Shown: positions 5,889-15,023 of the stretch, piece after piece | Layout: each line of letters begins with the position of its first letter | How positions within the stretch are numbered: position 1 is the stretch's first letter | Origin: a virus | Taxonomy: Duplodnaviria > Caudoviricetes | Strand: one strand, 5' to 3' | DNA length: 27,840 nucleotides | IMG/VR virus record: IMGVR_UViG_3300044508_000050 | Location: 1-27,840 of that record | The notes under the pieces: model-generated | What the model was told of the DNA's origin: nothing | Database searches by the model: none | What the model saw: only the letters and a program-made list of their open reading frames with translations | Translations under genes and position numbers: made by a program

Positions 5889-7199
5889 TCAGGAACGCGC
5901 CGGCAGGGTGACGTCGCTGGCGTGGCTCCAGCGGTGGTTGTAGTAGTCGCGCACGAAGTAGTTGAAAAACTGCACGCTGCAGGATTCGATGGCGCCGGTC
6001 TCGGCGTTCTGCGTCAGGCGGCAGATGCCGCCGCCGACGTGGGCCGGGATCTTCTTCTTGCGCATGAAGGGTGTCTGGTCCTGCGTGCAGCCGGTCTGGA
6101 TGCTGTGCACGTTGCGGATCAGCGCGTAGACCAGCTTGTGGTAGTGGCCGATGAGGTTGACGGCGGGCTTGTCGCCGCCGTCGTAGCTCTCGGCGATCTT
6201 CTGCTGCGTGTAGCTCAGGGCGTAGGCGGTGCCGCCGCCGGGGTGCATCACGTGCAGCATGGTGCCGGCGCCGCTGGCGGCGTGCTGCAGGCGCACGTAC
6301 GCCTCCATGTAGCCGAGGTCGACCCAGTCGCTGCGGCCGGCGTCGCGCATGGCGTTGGCGGTGTAGCGGCCGATGTCGACGCCCTCGCGCTGCGCGTACC
6401 AGCCCTCGTGGTCGTCGCCGGCCACGGCGTAGGTGACGATGCCGGGCCGCTGCGGGTACTCGCGCGCCAGGTAGGCGACCTGTTCGTGCAGGCCGTGCAC
6501 CAGCAGGTCGTGCTTGTTGAAGCGGGCCTCGCCGTCGATCCAGTTGCCGGCGTTGAAGACGCGATCGACGCCGGCCTCGGCGAAGTGGTCGTACAGCGAA
6601 TTGAGCACGTCCAGCCGCGCGTACTTGCTGCACAGGTGGTTGTCGCTGGTGAAGCCGAAGGCGTAGCTGCCGTCGGGCCGCGAGGTGTAGACCGGGATGC
6701 GGTCGGGCGCCTGCGGCGCGGGCGCGGCGATGATCTGGTACTTGCCCGAGAACTCGTGCACGTTGGCGCCGTCGGCGCGCAGCGTGTCGATGGCGTCTAG
6801 CACCTGGCCGCGCGTGGCGGCGAGTTTCTCGGCCAGCTGGTCGAGGCTGTGCGCGTCGCGCCGCAGGGCGCCGCGCAGGCGCGCGAGGTCGACGGCGGCG
6901 TCGATCTCGTCGAGCTCGTCGTCGGCCGGCGCGGGCGAGGCGTCCTCGGCCGGCTCGTCCCGCAGGGCGTCGATGCGGGCGCGCTGCTCGATGATCTTGT
7001 CGACGTGCACGGCGGGCGCGGCGAAGCCGCCGGTGCGCCGCTTCGGGTCGACGAAGCCGCGGACGATGGCCACGTCGAGCCGGCTGTCGAACGTGCTGCG
7101 CGGCAGCCCGAGCCGGCGCGCGCCCTCGCTGCGGCCGTACTTGAGGAACGCCTCGCCGACCAGGCGCGCGAGCTCGTCAGGCAGTGGGGGGGTGGGCAT
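5889..7199 (-). CDS. Calcineurin-like metallophosphoesterase with N-terminal HTH domains
   Basis: Motifs SDNH, AGNWIDG, AGDDHE, MHP and GHYH. N-terminal RSEGARRLGLPRSTFDSRL and SLDQLAEKLAATRGQVLDAIDTLR are HTH-like. Confidence 0.8.
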   Translation of the reverse strand: MPTPPLPDELARLVGEAFLKYGRSEGARRLGLPRSTFDSRLDVAIVRGFVDPKRRTGGFAAPAVHVDKIIEQRARIDALRDEPAEDASPAPADDELDEIDAAVDLARLRGALRRDAHSLDQLAEKLAATRGQVLDAIDTLRADGANVHEFSGKYQIIAAPAPQAPDRIPVYTSRPDGSYAFGFTSDNHLCSKYARLDVLNSLYDHFAEAGVDRVFNAGNWIDGEARFNKHDLLVHGLHEQVAYLAREYPQRPGIVTYAVAGDDHEGWYAQREGVDIGRYTANAMRDAGRSDWVDLGYMEAYVRLQHAASGAGTMLHVMHPGGGTAYALSYTQQKIAESYDGGDKPAVNLIGHYHKLVYALIRNVHSIQTGCTQDQTPFMRKKKIPAHVGGGICRLTQNAETGAIESCSVQFFNYFVRDYYNHRWSHASDVTLPARS

Positions 7200-7590
7200 G
7201 GGCTTCGCCGTAGGCGTTGATGAGAAGTTCCTCGAGCACGATGATCACGGCGTGCTCGTATTCCAGCGTGGTGTCGCTTTCCTCGCCCTCCGCGCAGGCG
7301 GTGGCGATCAGCGGCGCCAGCAGGATGTGCAGCAGCTCGTGGCAGGCGGTCTTCTCCAGCGAGACCGGCGTCACCGGCGTCGCGCCGAAGTCGCTGCCGA
7401 GCGCGTACTTGGCGAGCTTGTGCTCGTGCTCGATGCTCGTGACCTCGGCCATCGCTTTCGTGCGCTTGCCGGTACGTTCGATGCGCCAGTCGCGCAGGTT
7501 GAGCAGCACGCGCCACTTGGCGACGAACTCGTCGAACTGCACGACGTGCTCCGGCAGCACCGGGTTGGCCGGCGCCTTCTTCGTTGCCAT
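7177..7590 (-). CDS. HEXXH zinc metallopeptidase-like protein
   Basis: TACHELLHILL with a downstream EYEH; overlaps the start of the phosphoesterase gene. Confidence 0.65.
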   Translation of the reverse strand: MATKKAPANPVLPEHVVQFDEFVAKWRVLLNLRDWRIERTGKRTKAMAEVTSIEHEHKLAKYALGSDFGATPVTPVSLEKTACHELLHILLAPLIATACAEGEESDTTLEYEHAVIIVLEELLINAYGEAHAHPPTA

Positions 7591-7610
7591 ACGTTCCCCC
7601 GGTTTGTATT

Positions 7611-7649
7611 GCAAAGTTAGGGCGGTTTAACCGCCGCGGCTAACTTTGC
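7611..7649. repeat. Nested inverted repeat
   Basis: GCAAAGTTAG/CTAACTTTGC 10-bp arms enclose GGCGGT-TTA-ACCGCC plus a 4-nt bulge. Confidence 0.7.
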
Positions 7650-8719
7650 GTGGGCGTGGCGCCGAGGCCGCGGCTGCGGCTGGTGGTGAAACTCGACCCC
7701 AGCCAGAAGCCCACCACCGCGCCGAGGATGCCGGTGACGACCGAGCTGGCGATCGCCGCCTTGAGCTCGCCGGAGAACTCGCCGCCGGCCGTTGTCAGCA
7801 CCACGTACACCGTGCCGTACAGCAGCGGCAGCAGGCTCATGCTGACCCAGAATGCCGGCATCAGCCAGAACGGCGTGCCGTCGCGGGCGGCCTCGAGGTT
7901 GAACTCGCGCGCGCCCTGCAGGCCGCCGCCGCCCGCTTCGGTCAGCTGGTAGAAGGCGGACTCCACCGCGCTGTTGGCGGCGGCGCGGGCCGCCGGGTCG
8001 CCGGTGACCTTGCCGATGGCCTCTTCGATGCTGCTGCTGGCCGTGGCCGTCTTGACGACGTCCACCACCTTCTGCGCGGTCTCGGCGTTCTCCTTGCTGC
8101 GCTCGCCCTTGCCGAAGACGCGGATCAGCGCGGGGATGTTCTCGATCAGGGTGGGCAGCGCGGCGAGCGCCAGGGCGGGCAGGGCCATGAGGTTCCTCGG
8201 CTTCGGTGGGGCAGGCTCGGCGGGTGAGCCTGCGGGGGCCGGCGCGGCCGGCTCGACGATGGTGACGACCTGCTCGGCCGGCGCCGGCGTGCCGCCGCGG
8301 CTGGCCTGCCCGAACACGAGGTCGAGCCCGGCGCGCCAGTCGGCCTCGGTGATCTTGGCGGCCTCGGCCGGGCCGTTCTCGTGGCGCGCGATCTGCCGCG
8401 CCAGGTACTCGTAGGTCAGGCGCTCGTCGGAGAGCTCCTGGTCGGGCGCGAGGCCCGCCGGCGCGCACACCGCGCGGATGTACGCGCCGGTGTCGTTCTC
8501 GCTCGGCGGCGCCCAGCGGCCGATGATGCCGCGCACCGTGCGCAGGCCGTGCTTGCGCATATAAGTCTGCAGCGTGATCACCAGCGCGCGGATGCCGTAC
8601 GGCATCGACGTGAAGGTGGCGAAGGCGCTGTCGGTCTGCTGCGGGGCGAGCCCCTGCCACGGCTGGCCGTGGCGCAGGTTGCCCGGGTTGTTGTTGCGGA
8701 TGCCGCGCGCCGCCGTCAT
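7640..8719 (-). CDS. Lysozyme-like endolysin fused to a holin-like membrane domain
   Basis: N-terminal RGIRNNNPGNLR...YGIRAL...TVRGIIGRWAPPSENDT.AYI, a Pro/Ala linker, and C-terminal TM helices ending GAVVGFWLGSS. Confidence 0.75.
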   Translation of the reverse strand: MTAARGIRNNNPGNLRHGQPWQGLAPQQTDSAFATFTSMPYGIRALVITLQTYMRKHGLRTVRGIIGRWAPPSENDTGAYIRAVCAPAGLAPDQELSDERLTYEYLARQIARHENGPAEAAKITEADWRAGLDLVFGQASRGGTPAPAEQVVTIVEPAAPAPAGSPAEPAPPKPRNLMALPALALAALPTLIENIPALIRVFGKGERSKENAETAQKVVDVVKTATASSSIEEAIGKVTGDPAARAAANSAVESAFYQLTEAGGGGLQGAREFNLEAARDGTPFWLMPAFWVSMSLLPLLYGTVYVVLTTAGGEFSGELKAAIASSVVTGILGAVVGFWLGSSFTTSRSRGLGATPTQS

Positions 8720-9000
8720 TTGACGAACCAGCCCTTGATGAGCCCGAGCACCACGCCCACCCCCGAGAACACCAGCGCGATGCCGCCGATCACGCCCTTG
8801 TAGTGCACGATCTCGCGGCGCATGGCCTGCATCAGTTCCATCATCTCCTTGCGCTCCAGCTTGGCCTCGCGCGTGATGTCGAGCAGGTCCGCGCGCAGCG
8901 CCTCGACGTGCGTTTCGAGCCGCGCCATGCGCTCGGCCGACTCGAGGTCGGCGGCGCGGCGGTCGGGGCCGATGTACTGCATGGGGGGCTCCTGGTTCAT
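8716..9000 (-). CDS. Lysis-module membrane protein (coiled coil plus C-terminal TM)
   Basis: ERMARLETHVEALRADL coiled coil, then GVIGGIALVFSGVGVVLGLI; ATGA overlap with the endolysin. The start could instead be 8982. Confidence 0.7.
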   Translation of the reverse strand: MNQEPPMQYIGPDRRAADLESAERMARLETHVEALRADLLDITREAKLERKEMMELMQAMRREIVHYKGVIGGIALVFSGVGVVLGLIKGWFVK

Positions 9001-9028
9001 CACATGAATCGAAGACGGCGCGATACGC

Positions 9029-9679
9029 TCAGGACGCTGGCCACGGCGTGTAGCCGCTCGGCGTGTACAGGTAGTTGGCGTAAAGCCTGAACGTCCACTG
9101 GTCGCGCGGCGTTGTGTTGCTGCCGGACGAGCCGGCGGGGATCAACGTCGGGGTGCCAGTGAAGGCGAGCCCGCCCGTGTTGGTGGTGGCATCCCCGGTG
9201 TCGCAAGTGCCGTTGAGATACCACCACGCCTTTTTGTTTGTGAAGTCGACCGCGCAGCCGACTACGTCGCCGGCGGCCGCCAGCGTCGAAGTGCGGGCCG
9301 CGCCCGCGGTAGTGAAGCTGTTGCGCCGGACAGTCAGCGGCCCGGCCGCGCGCGCCGCCTGGTATGCCACGGTCTCATTGGACGCAGCGTTGCCCAGGTA
9401 GGTGGAGGCCATGCTGTCGGCGGAGTCGGTCAGGCCCAACAGAACACCATCAGCGCCGGCCGCGTCGACGGTCCACTCGACGTAGAGTTTTCCGCTCGAC
9501 CGGCCGTACGACGCGCCCGCGCGCGCGGAGTACCAGGCGATCCCGCCGCTGTTTAGTCTCCCCGCCGTCCGGTCGCTGTTGCTGTAGGCATAAATCCCGG
9601 ACGTCGACCAGGCGGTATCCCATGCCAGCTCGGTGATGGTCCCCGCCGGCCGCAAGAACGGGTTGATCAGGAAACTCAT
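9029..9679 (-). CDS. SPRY/ConA-like domain tail-associated protein (candidate receptor binding)
   Basis: SGKLYVEWTV, GDVVGCAVDFTNKKAWWYLNG and YTPSGYTPW are SPRY-like motifs; located at the end of the tail module. Confidence 0.7.
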   Translation of the reverse strand: MSFLINPFLRPAGTITELAWDTAWSTSGIYAYSNSDRTAGRLNSGGIAWYSARAGASYGRSSGKLYVEWTVDAAGADGVLLGLTDSADSMASTYLGNAASNETVAYQAARAAGPLTVRRNSFTTAGAARTSTLAAAGDVVGCAVDFTNKKAWWYLNGTCDTGDATTNTGGLAFTGTPTLIPAGSSGSNTTPRDQWTFRLYANYLYTPSGYTPWPAS

Positions 9680-9685
9680 GGGCCG

Positions 9686-10429
9686 TCACGTTCCGATGAG
9701 GGTGATCTTCAGCCCGCGCGCGGAGCCGTCGCCGATCTGGTCGACGTCGACGGAAATCTCGGCGTCGTCGGCCAGCGAACTATCGGAAATGACCGGCGGC
9801 GTTGCCGCCGTGACGCTGCTCTTTTCGGTGTTGTCCACGGTCAGCTTGGTGCTGAGGACCGAGGCGCCGCCTTCGTTGATGTCGACTGTGAAGATCGAGC
9901 CGGACGCCTGCGCGACCGACAGCGAGGCGCGGACCTCCGTCAGCGTCATGGCATAGGGCATCCGAAACCGGATGAGGTTGGTGGCGGCGGCGATCGCGCC
10001 CGTCTCGTCAGTGCACGCCACGACGAGCACCTTGTTGGCGGCCTGCGCCGGCAGCGGCACCAGGCCGATGCGGTGGTCCTCGTAACTGGTGATGGACGAC
10101 GCGCCCGTCACTACCAGGTACAGGCGGATAAAGCCCACCTGGTTGTTCCAGTTCGTGGTGGCCGTGCTGGAGGTCACTGCGCCGCTGGTGGCGTTGGCGA
10201 CCACGTAGTTGGTCGTGCTGGCGGTCAACGCCACCGTGCCGTTGGCGATCGCGCTCGAGCGGTAGCGGCCGCCGATGAAGCCCCAGGTGAGGCCCGTGGT
10301 CGTCGCCGGGTTGTTGGCGTAGAGCATCGAGGGCGACGCGGAGTTGAACAACGCATTGGCAGCCGCTTCCTTGGCGGCCTGCAGGGTTGTCAGCAGCAGC
10401 GTGGCGAGCGTTGAGGTTGAATCGGCCAT
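9686..10429 (-). CDS. Minor tail/fibre protein
   Basis: 247 aa, Thr/Ala/Ser-rich beta protein with a two-domain look; directly after the central fibre gene. Confidence 0.7.
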   Translation of the reverse strand: MADSTSTLATLLLTTLQAAKEAAANALFNSASPSMLYANNPATTTGLTWGFIGGRYRSSAIANGTVALTASTTNYVVANATSGAVTSSTATTNWNNQVGFIRLYLVVTGASSITSYEDHRIGLVPLPAQAANKVLVVACTDETGAIAAATNLIRFRMPYAMTLTEVRASLSVAQASGSIFTVDINEGGASVLSTKLTVDNTEKSSVTAATPPVISDSSLADDAEISVDVDQIGDGSARGLKITLIGT

Positions 10430-10438
10430 GGGTACCCC

Positions 10439-13400
10439 TTACCAGGTGACGGCGCGCTGCCGGGACCAGTGGCGCGCGCCTTTGAATGTCGGAATGCCGA
10501 TGACGTCGACCGAGCCGATGCCCGGGTACAGCCTGGACGTTTCGGCCACCTGAACCCATATCACCGTCGCGCCGGCGACTGTTGCGGCGATCGTGGCGGC
10601 GCCCAAAGTGAACGGCGGGTCACCGCTCACGATGTAGCTGTTCTGCACGCCGGTCGATGGATTCGTCAATCGAACCGCGAATTCCTTGTGGGCGGTGTCC
10701 AGGCCTACCTCGCGCCCGCTGAGCCAGCCACCTCCGACGAACGTCCGGCGCGAGAAGTTGACGACCAGGCCCGCGCTCGCGTCTTTGTATGCGGTCACGT
10801 GCACCGGGTGCGGCGGCACGATCGAGGCCCATGTCTGTTCGAGCGTTGCAAACGATCCGCCGGTCAAGGCGCCGCCGGCCGTGATGGCGCGCGTGGTGCC
10901 GCCGACCGGGGCCGAGTCACTGTCGGGCGTGAACCTTTGGAGCGCCGCCGCGGACAGCACCACGAAACGGTCGTCAACGCGATGGCCATCAACAAAGCCA
11001 ATGTAGTTCGTGGTGAAGGTGCCATCGCCGTTCACGACGAAGCTTGCCGGCGCTGTCGCCGGCGCCAGGGCGGCATACCACTCGGTGCCGAGCAGCCCGC
11101 GCAGCAGGCACGAGATGCGGTAGAGGTTGCCGCTGATCAGCTGCACATCTCGAAACGCCACGATCTCGTTGCCGATCAGCGCCACGTTCTTCAGCTGCAG
11201 GAACTCGGCATGCGTGCAGCTCGACAGCGAGCCCGAGGCGACCGCCACCGTGACGCTATTGACAAGGTCCGGGCTGTAGCCGTTGAAGGTCTCGCGCCCT
11301 TCCACCGTCTGGCCCCACTGGCCCAGCGCTTCGCGCGTCGAGCCGATCACGGCCGGCGTCAAGACGGAGAGCTCTGGCGCAAACTCGCTGCCACCATCCG
11401 GCCGCCGATAGATGACCGCGCCCGGCCACGGCGTGCTGAGCCCGCATGCCGCACCGTAGTAGCCGGTCTTGCCGAAGTCGAGCTCGCGCAGCGGCGGCAG
11501 GTCGGCGGCCAGGTAAGCGCTCTTGCCGGCGATCCGCACCACCTGCTGCGGAGGCGGCACCGTTTGCGCGGCGTTCAGCGGGCTGAAAGCGGCCGCGTCG
11601 ACGTCCAGTCCTTCCCACTGCACCAGGTTGCTGCGCTCGCGCTTCTGTGTGATGCGGACGCGATACGTCGCCGTCGAGCCGGCCACGTCAACCACGTCGC
11701 ACGGCTCGAGCTTGGCCCACTTGATCGTGGTTGCCCACTCGCGCCGGTTGCGCGCGGTCCACAGCTCGTAGACCATGCGCGCGGCGATACTGGCGGCCTC
11801 GGCGTCCGTCAGCGCCAGCGGCAGGCGGATGCTTTGCACATCGAGCGACGCGCTCACCTGGCGCCGGAACGATTGCGTGCCGAGGTTGTAGTCGGCGTCG
11901 GCCGCCAGGTAGGTGATGTCGATGGCGATCGGCAGCTCGCTTTCCTGCGCGCGCTCCGTGCGCACCAGCACGCCGTCGCCCTGGTCGTCACCGGCCCCGA
12001 GGTCGCCCGAAGGCACGGAGGCGGCCGGCGTGGCGGCGCGCAGGACGAACTTGAGCTTGAGGTCGCTCTCGACCGCGTCGAAGCCGTAGCTCGTCATCAG
12101 CGGCTCGATCGCGGCCCGCGCACTCATGCGCGGCGTGCGCAGGTAGCCGCGAACGGGCACCGACGCCAGCGCAGTCACATCAATGTCGCCAGCCGTCAGG
12201 CCGGCCTCCAGGCAGATGTCGCTGACGACCTCGTCGAGCGTGACGTCAAGCGCCACACCGGGCGAGCGCGTGAAGCCGTAGATGTTGCCGGCCGCCTCGA
12301 CCCAGCAGCAGCTGTGGTCGGCGTAGATCGAGCAGGGGTCGAAGTCCTGCGCCGGCGGCGAGGCGTCTACCGTGAAAATCCGGCGCATGACCGTGCCGTC
12401 GAGCACGTAGCAGCGCGTCTCCTGCTGTGACGCCGTGGTGGTCTGCCAGAAGTGCTTGAGGTCTGCTTCGAGCATTCCGACGTACCAGATCGGCACACCG
12501 GCCGACAGCGACGTCTGCGCACCGCCGGAGCGGTAGAACGTCGTGCTGACATCGGGCACCGAGAGGGTGCCGCGGCGCACCTCGACAAAGGCGTCGAGGA
12601 CGATGTCGTGACGATAGAGCACCCAGTACGACGGATACGTCGTCGTCGACACGGGCGCCAGCAGCGACAGCACGTGCGCGTTGTCGACGCACGGCACGAG
12701 CGCGACGATGAAATTGTCGCCGTCGCTCAGCGTGCCTTGGTACTGTTTGAACGATCCGCCGTTGCTGAGCGAGCGGTCGATCAGGGCGGTAGCAATCGAG
12801 GCCGGCGTGTTTCCCGACGGCATTTGCTTCACGTAGATCGGCCCGTTGGATTCCTCACCGTCCTGCGGCCAGATCAGCAGCGTGGCGGTGGTCTCGTGAC
12901 CCGTGGGCGCGTTGATCGGCCACGCGCCAAGCGTGCGCAGGCTGCCGGCCCGGCTGTCCGTGCCGTCCAACGCCGACACATAGCCCTGCCCCGTCAGTGA
13001 CTGCGCGCCGAGTTCGCCGTCGGCGCCGAGGATGCGCACGCTCTTCGCCGCGCGTGTGTTGACCTCGTACGGCAGATTCCAGTCGCGGCCGAACAACTGC
13101 CGCGGGCCGAGCTCGGTGCCGCCGCCGATGACCTCCACCGTGATATTGGGGACGCGGTTGCCGAACTCGGCGAGCTGGAAGTTCTCGAACGTGATGTAGC
13201 AAAGATCTCGAAATGCGGGCGTAGCGCCCACGCCGAGCGCGGCCTCGATGGTCGGGTCCGGCAGCTGGGTCGTCGTGCCGGTATAGACCCGCATCGCCGA
13301 GCCGACGCGCGAAAAGCTGTTGTAAATGGCGGTGATGTCGCCGCCGGCGCCGGTGTCATAGATCAGCTTCTGGTCGGCCCAGATGCGGCGCACGCCCAGC

Positions 13401-13750
13401 ACCGGACCGGCGCACAGGCCGACGGCGAAGTCGAGCGCGTAGGTGTAGCTGGTGATTTCCGGGCCGCCGCCCTTGCCCTGCCGCTCGGTGCGGGCGGTCT
13501 CGCGGATCTCGCTGGCCCAGATGATGTTGCCGCCCATGCGGATGGCGCCGTAGACCTTCGGGATCGGGCCGCCGTAGGCACTGCCGGTGACCTGCAGGCC
13601 CTCGAGCTTCGGCCCTTCGAACTGCTCCGGCCACAGTGCGCTGCCGATGGCCGAACCGATCATGCCGCCCACCATGGCGCCGATCGGCCCGAAGTACGAG
13701 CCCACCACCTGCCCGACGATCGTCAGGCCGACGCGTCCGTTGGCACCCAT
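10439..13750 (-). CDS. Tail tip/central fibre protein (gpJ/GTA host-specificity-like)
   Basis: 1103 aa. Motifs SAYGGPIPKVYGAIRMGGNIIWAS, YALDFAVGLC.G, TPAFRDLCYI.F..FQLAEFGNR.P, RAQESELP and LEPCDVV; follows NlpC/P60. Confidence 0.9.
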   Translation of the reverse strand: MGANGRVGLTIVGQVVGSYFGPIGAMVGGMIGSAIGSALWPEQFEGPKLEGLQVTGSAYGGPIPKVYGAIRMGGNIIWASEIRETARTERQGKGGGPEITSYTYALDFAVGLCAGPVLGVRRIWADQKLIYDTGAGGDITAIYNSFSRVGSAMRVYTGTTTQLPDPTIEAALGVGATPAFRDLCYITFENFQLAEFGNRVPNITVEVIGGGTELGPRQLFGRDWNLPYEVNTRAAKSVRILGADGELGAQSLTGQGYVSALDGTDSRAGSLRTLGAWPINAPTGHETTATLLIWPQDGEESNGPIYVKQMPSGNTPASIATALIDRSLSNGGSFKQYQGTLSDGDNFIVALVPCVDNAHVLSLLAPVSTTTYPSYWVLYRHDIVLDAFVEVRRGTLSVPDVSTTFYRSGGAQTSLSAGVPIWYVGMLEADLKHFWQTTTASQQETRCYVLDGTVMRRIFTVDASPPAQDFDPCSIYADHSCCWVEAAGNIYGFTRSPGVALDVTLDEVVSDICLEAGLTAGDIDVTALASVPVRGYLRTPRMSARAAIEPLMTSYGFDAVESDLKLKFVLRAATPAASVPSGDLGAGDDQGDGVLVRTERAQESELPIAIDITYLAADADYNLGTQSFRRQVSASLDVQSIRLPLALTDAEAASIAARMVYELWTARNRREWATTIKWAKLEPCDVVDVAGSTATYRVRITQKRERSNLVQWEGLDVDAAAFSPLNAAQTVPPPQQVVRIAGKSAYLAADLPPLRELDFGKTGYYGAACGLSTPWPGAVIYRRPDGGSEFAPELSVLTPAVIGSTREALGQWGQTVEGRETFNGYSPDLVNSVTVAVASGSLSSCTHAEFLQLKNVALIGNEIVAFRDVQLISGNLYRISCLLRGLLGTEWYAALAPATAPASFVVNGDGTFTTNYIGFVDGHRVDDRFVVLSAAALQRFTPDSDSAPVGGTTRAITAGGALTGGSFATLEQTWASIVPPHPVHVTAYKDASAGLVVNFSRRTFVGGGWLSGREVGLDTAHKEFAVRLTNPSTGVQNSYIVSGDPPFTLGAATIAATVAGATVIWVQVAETSRLYPGIGSVDVIGIPTFKGARHWSRQRAVTW

Positions 13751-14187
13751 TACGCCGCCTCGGGCACGCGGTACGCGCCGACGATGCGGCGACGCCAGGC
13801 GTCATCCAGGCGGTGCTCGACCACCTTGCGCGCCACGACGTAGGCGTGGATCAGCGCGAGCTCGCCCGGCGCGCCGGGGTAGTCGGTGATCAGACCGACG
13901 TGATCGGGCACGCCGTCGGTGGCCATCAGCACGATGACCCCGGGCGCCAGCGCGTCCAGCGACACCGGCTCGAGGTGCGCGTCCAGCCGCGCGCGCAGCG
14001 TCACGCCGTCCGGCCGGCGGCCGTAGTTGGCGGCCTCGTCGACGTCGATCAGGCCGGCGTCGCGGCCGACCAGCGCGACAAAGCCGACACAATCGACGCC
14101 GTGCCCTTTGACCCGGCCCTGGTGCCGCCACGGCGTGCCGAGCCAGGCGCGGGCCTCGGCGATCATCTGCTGCGCGCGCGCGTTCAT
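13750..14187 (-). CDS. NlpC/P60 tail peptidase
   Basis: AEARAWLGTPWRHQGR...GVDCVG...HVGL...LIHAY. Confidence 0.9.
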   Translation of the reverse strand: MNARAQQMIAEARAWLGTPWRHQGRVKGHGVDCVGFVALVGRDAGLIDVDEAANYGRRPDGVTLRARLDAHLEPVSLDALAPGVIVLMATDGVPDHVGLITDYPGAPGELALIHAYVVARKVVEHRLDDAWRRRIVGAYRVPEAA

Positions 14188-15023
14188 CGGGGGTCGGCGA
14201 CCAGCATCTTGTCGATGCCGGGGATCGTGTCGAAGCCGCGGAAGTTCACGCGGTTGGAAAACTTGGTTTGGCAGGTGCTGCCGCGCTTGTCGCAGCCCGG
14301 CACGATGTCGAAGGTGTCGCCGACGGCCACGGCGCCCACCATGGGCAGCTGCAGCTCGACCACGCCACCGGAAAAGCTGCGCACTTCCATGTCGCGGCCG
14401 GCGTTTTCGCCGCTGGTGAAACTCACCTTGCCGTACTGGAAGTACTGCGCCGCCTGCGTCAGGCTGCTGGCCGTGAAGGTCTGCCGCGACGTCACCGCGG
14501 TCACCGTTGCCGTCACCGTCAGCGGCCCGAGGTCGACGCCGCAGCGCGCGTCGCCCAGCGTGGCATCGCAAGGCGCGGTGTACACCCGGCCGACGTTGTT
14601 CTGCAGGTACTGCATCAGCCCGCGCAGCTCGGCGACGAAGCGGCCGCCCTGAAGGCGAAAAACGCCGGTCTCGCCGCGGCGCTGGATCAGCGCGCCCTGG
14701 GTGAGGTCGGCGTAGTTGACGCGCATGACATCCACGCGCGCGCGGTCCCACCGGCCGGCGGCGACGTCGACCTCGAGGATGCTGTCGGCGTCGAAGAACG
14801 CCTCGACCTCGAGCCCGTCGACGTTGAGTTGCCCGCTGGTCTGCACCTCGCTGGCGGTGTAGCCGGTGTCGGACAGGTAGCGCAGCCCGCCGAAGACGAT
14901 GTCGCGGTTGTGGTCGGTGAAGCCGAACACCGCGCCGTCGCGGCGCGTGATCTTCCACAGCGTGGCGAGCGTGGTGACCGGCGACGCCAGGTGCGCGTCG
15001 AGCCCTGCGGTGATGGTTTTCAT
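14184..15023 (-). CDS. DUF2163/BR0599-family baseplate hub protein
   Basis: WKITRRDG.VFGFTDH, CDATLGDARC and PGCDK...TC..KFSN..NFRGF..IPG. Confidence 0.9.
   Translation of the reverse strand: MKTITAGLDAHLASPVTTLATLWKITRRDGAVFGFTDHNRDIVFGGLRYLSDTGYTASEVQTSGQLNVDGLEVEAFFDADSILEVDVAAGRWDRARVDVMRVNYADLTQGALIQRRGETGVFRLQGGRFVAELRGLMQYLQNNVGRVYTAPCDATLGDARCGVDLGPLTVTATVTAVTSRQTFTASSLTQAAQYFQYGKVSFTSGENAGRDMEVRSFSGGVVELQLPMVGAVAVGDTFDIVPGCDKRGSTCQTKFSNRVNFRGFDTIPGIDKMLVADPR

Noticed and set aside
7611-7649. Inverted repeat as an attC site or intrinsic terminator
   Set aside because: GTT and AAC are in the wrong order for attC, there are no L boxes, and no U-tract follows the stem.
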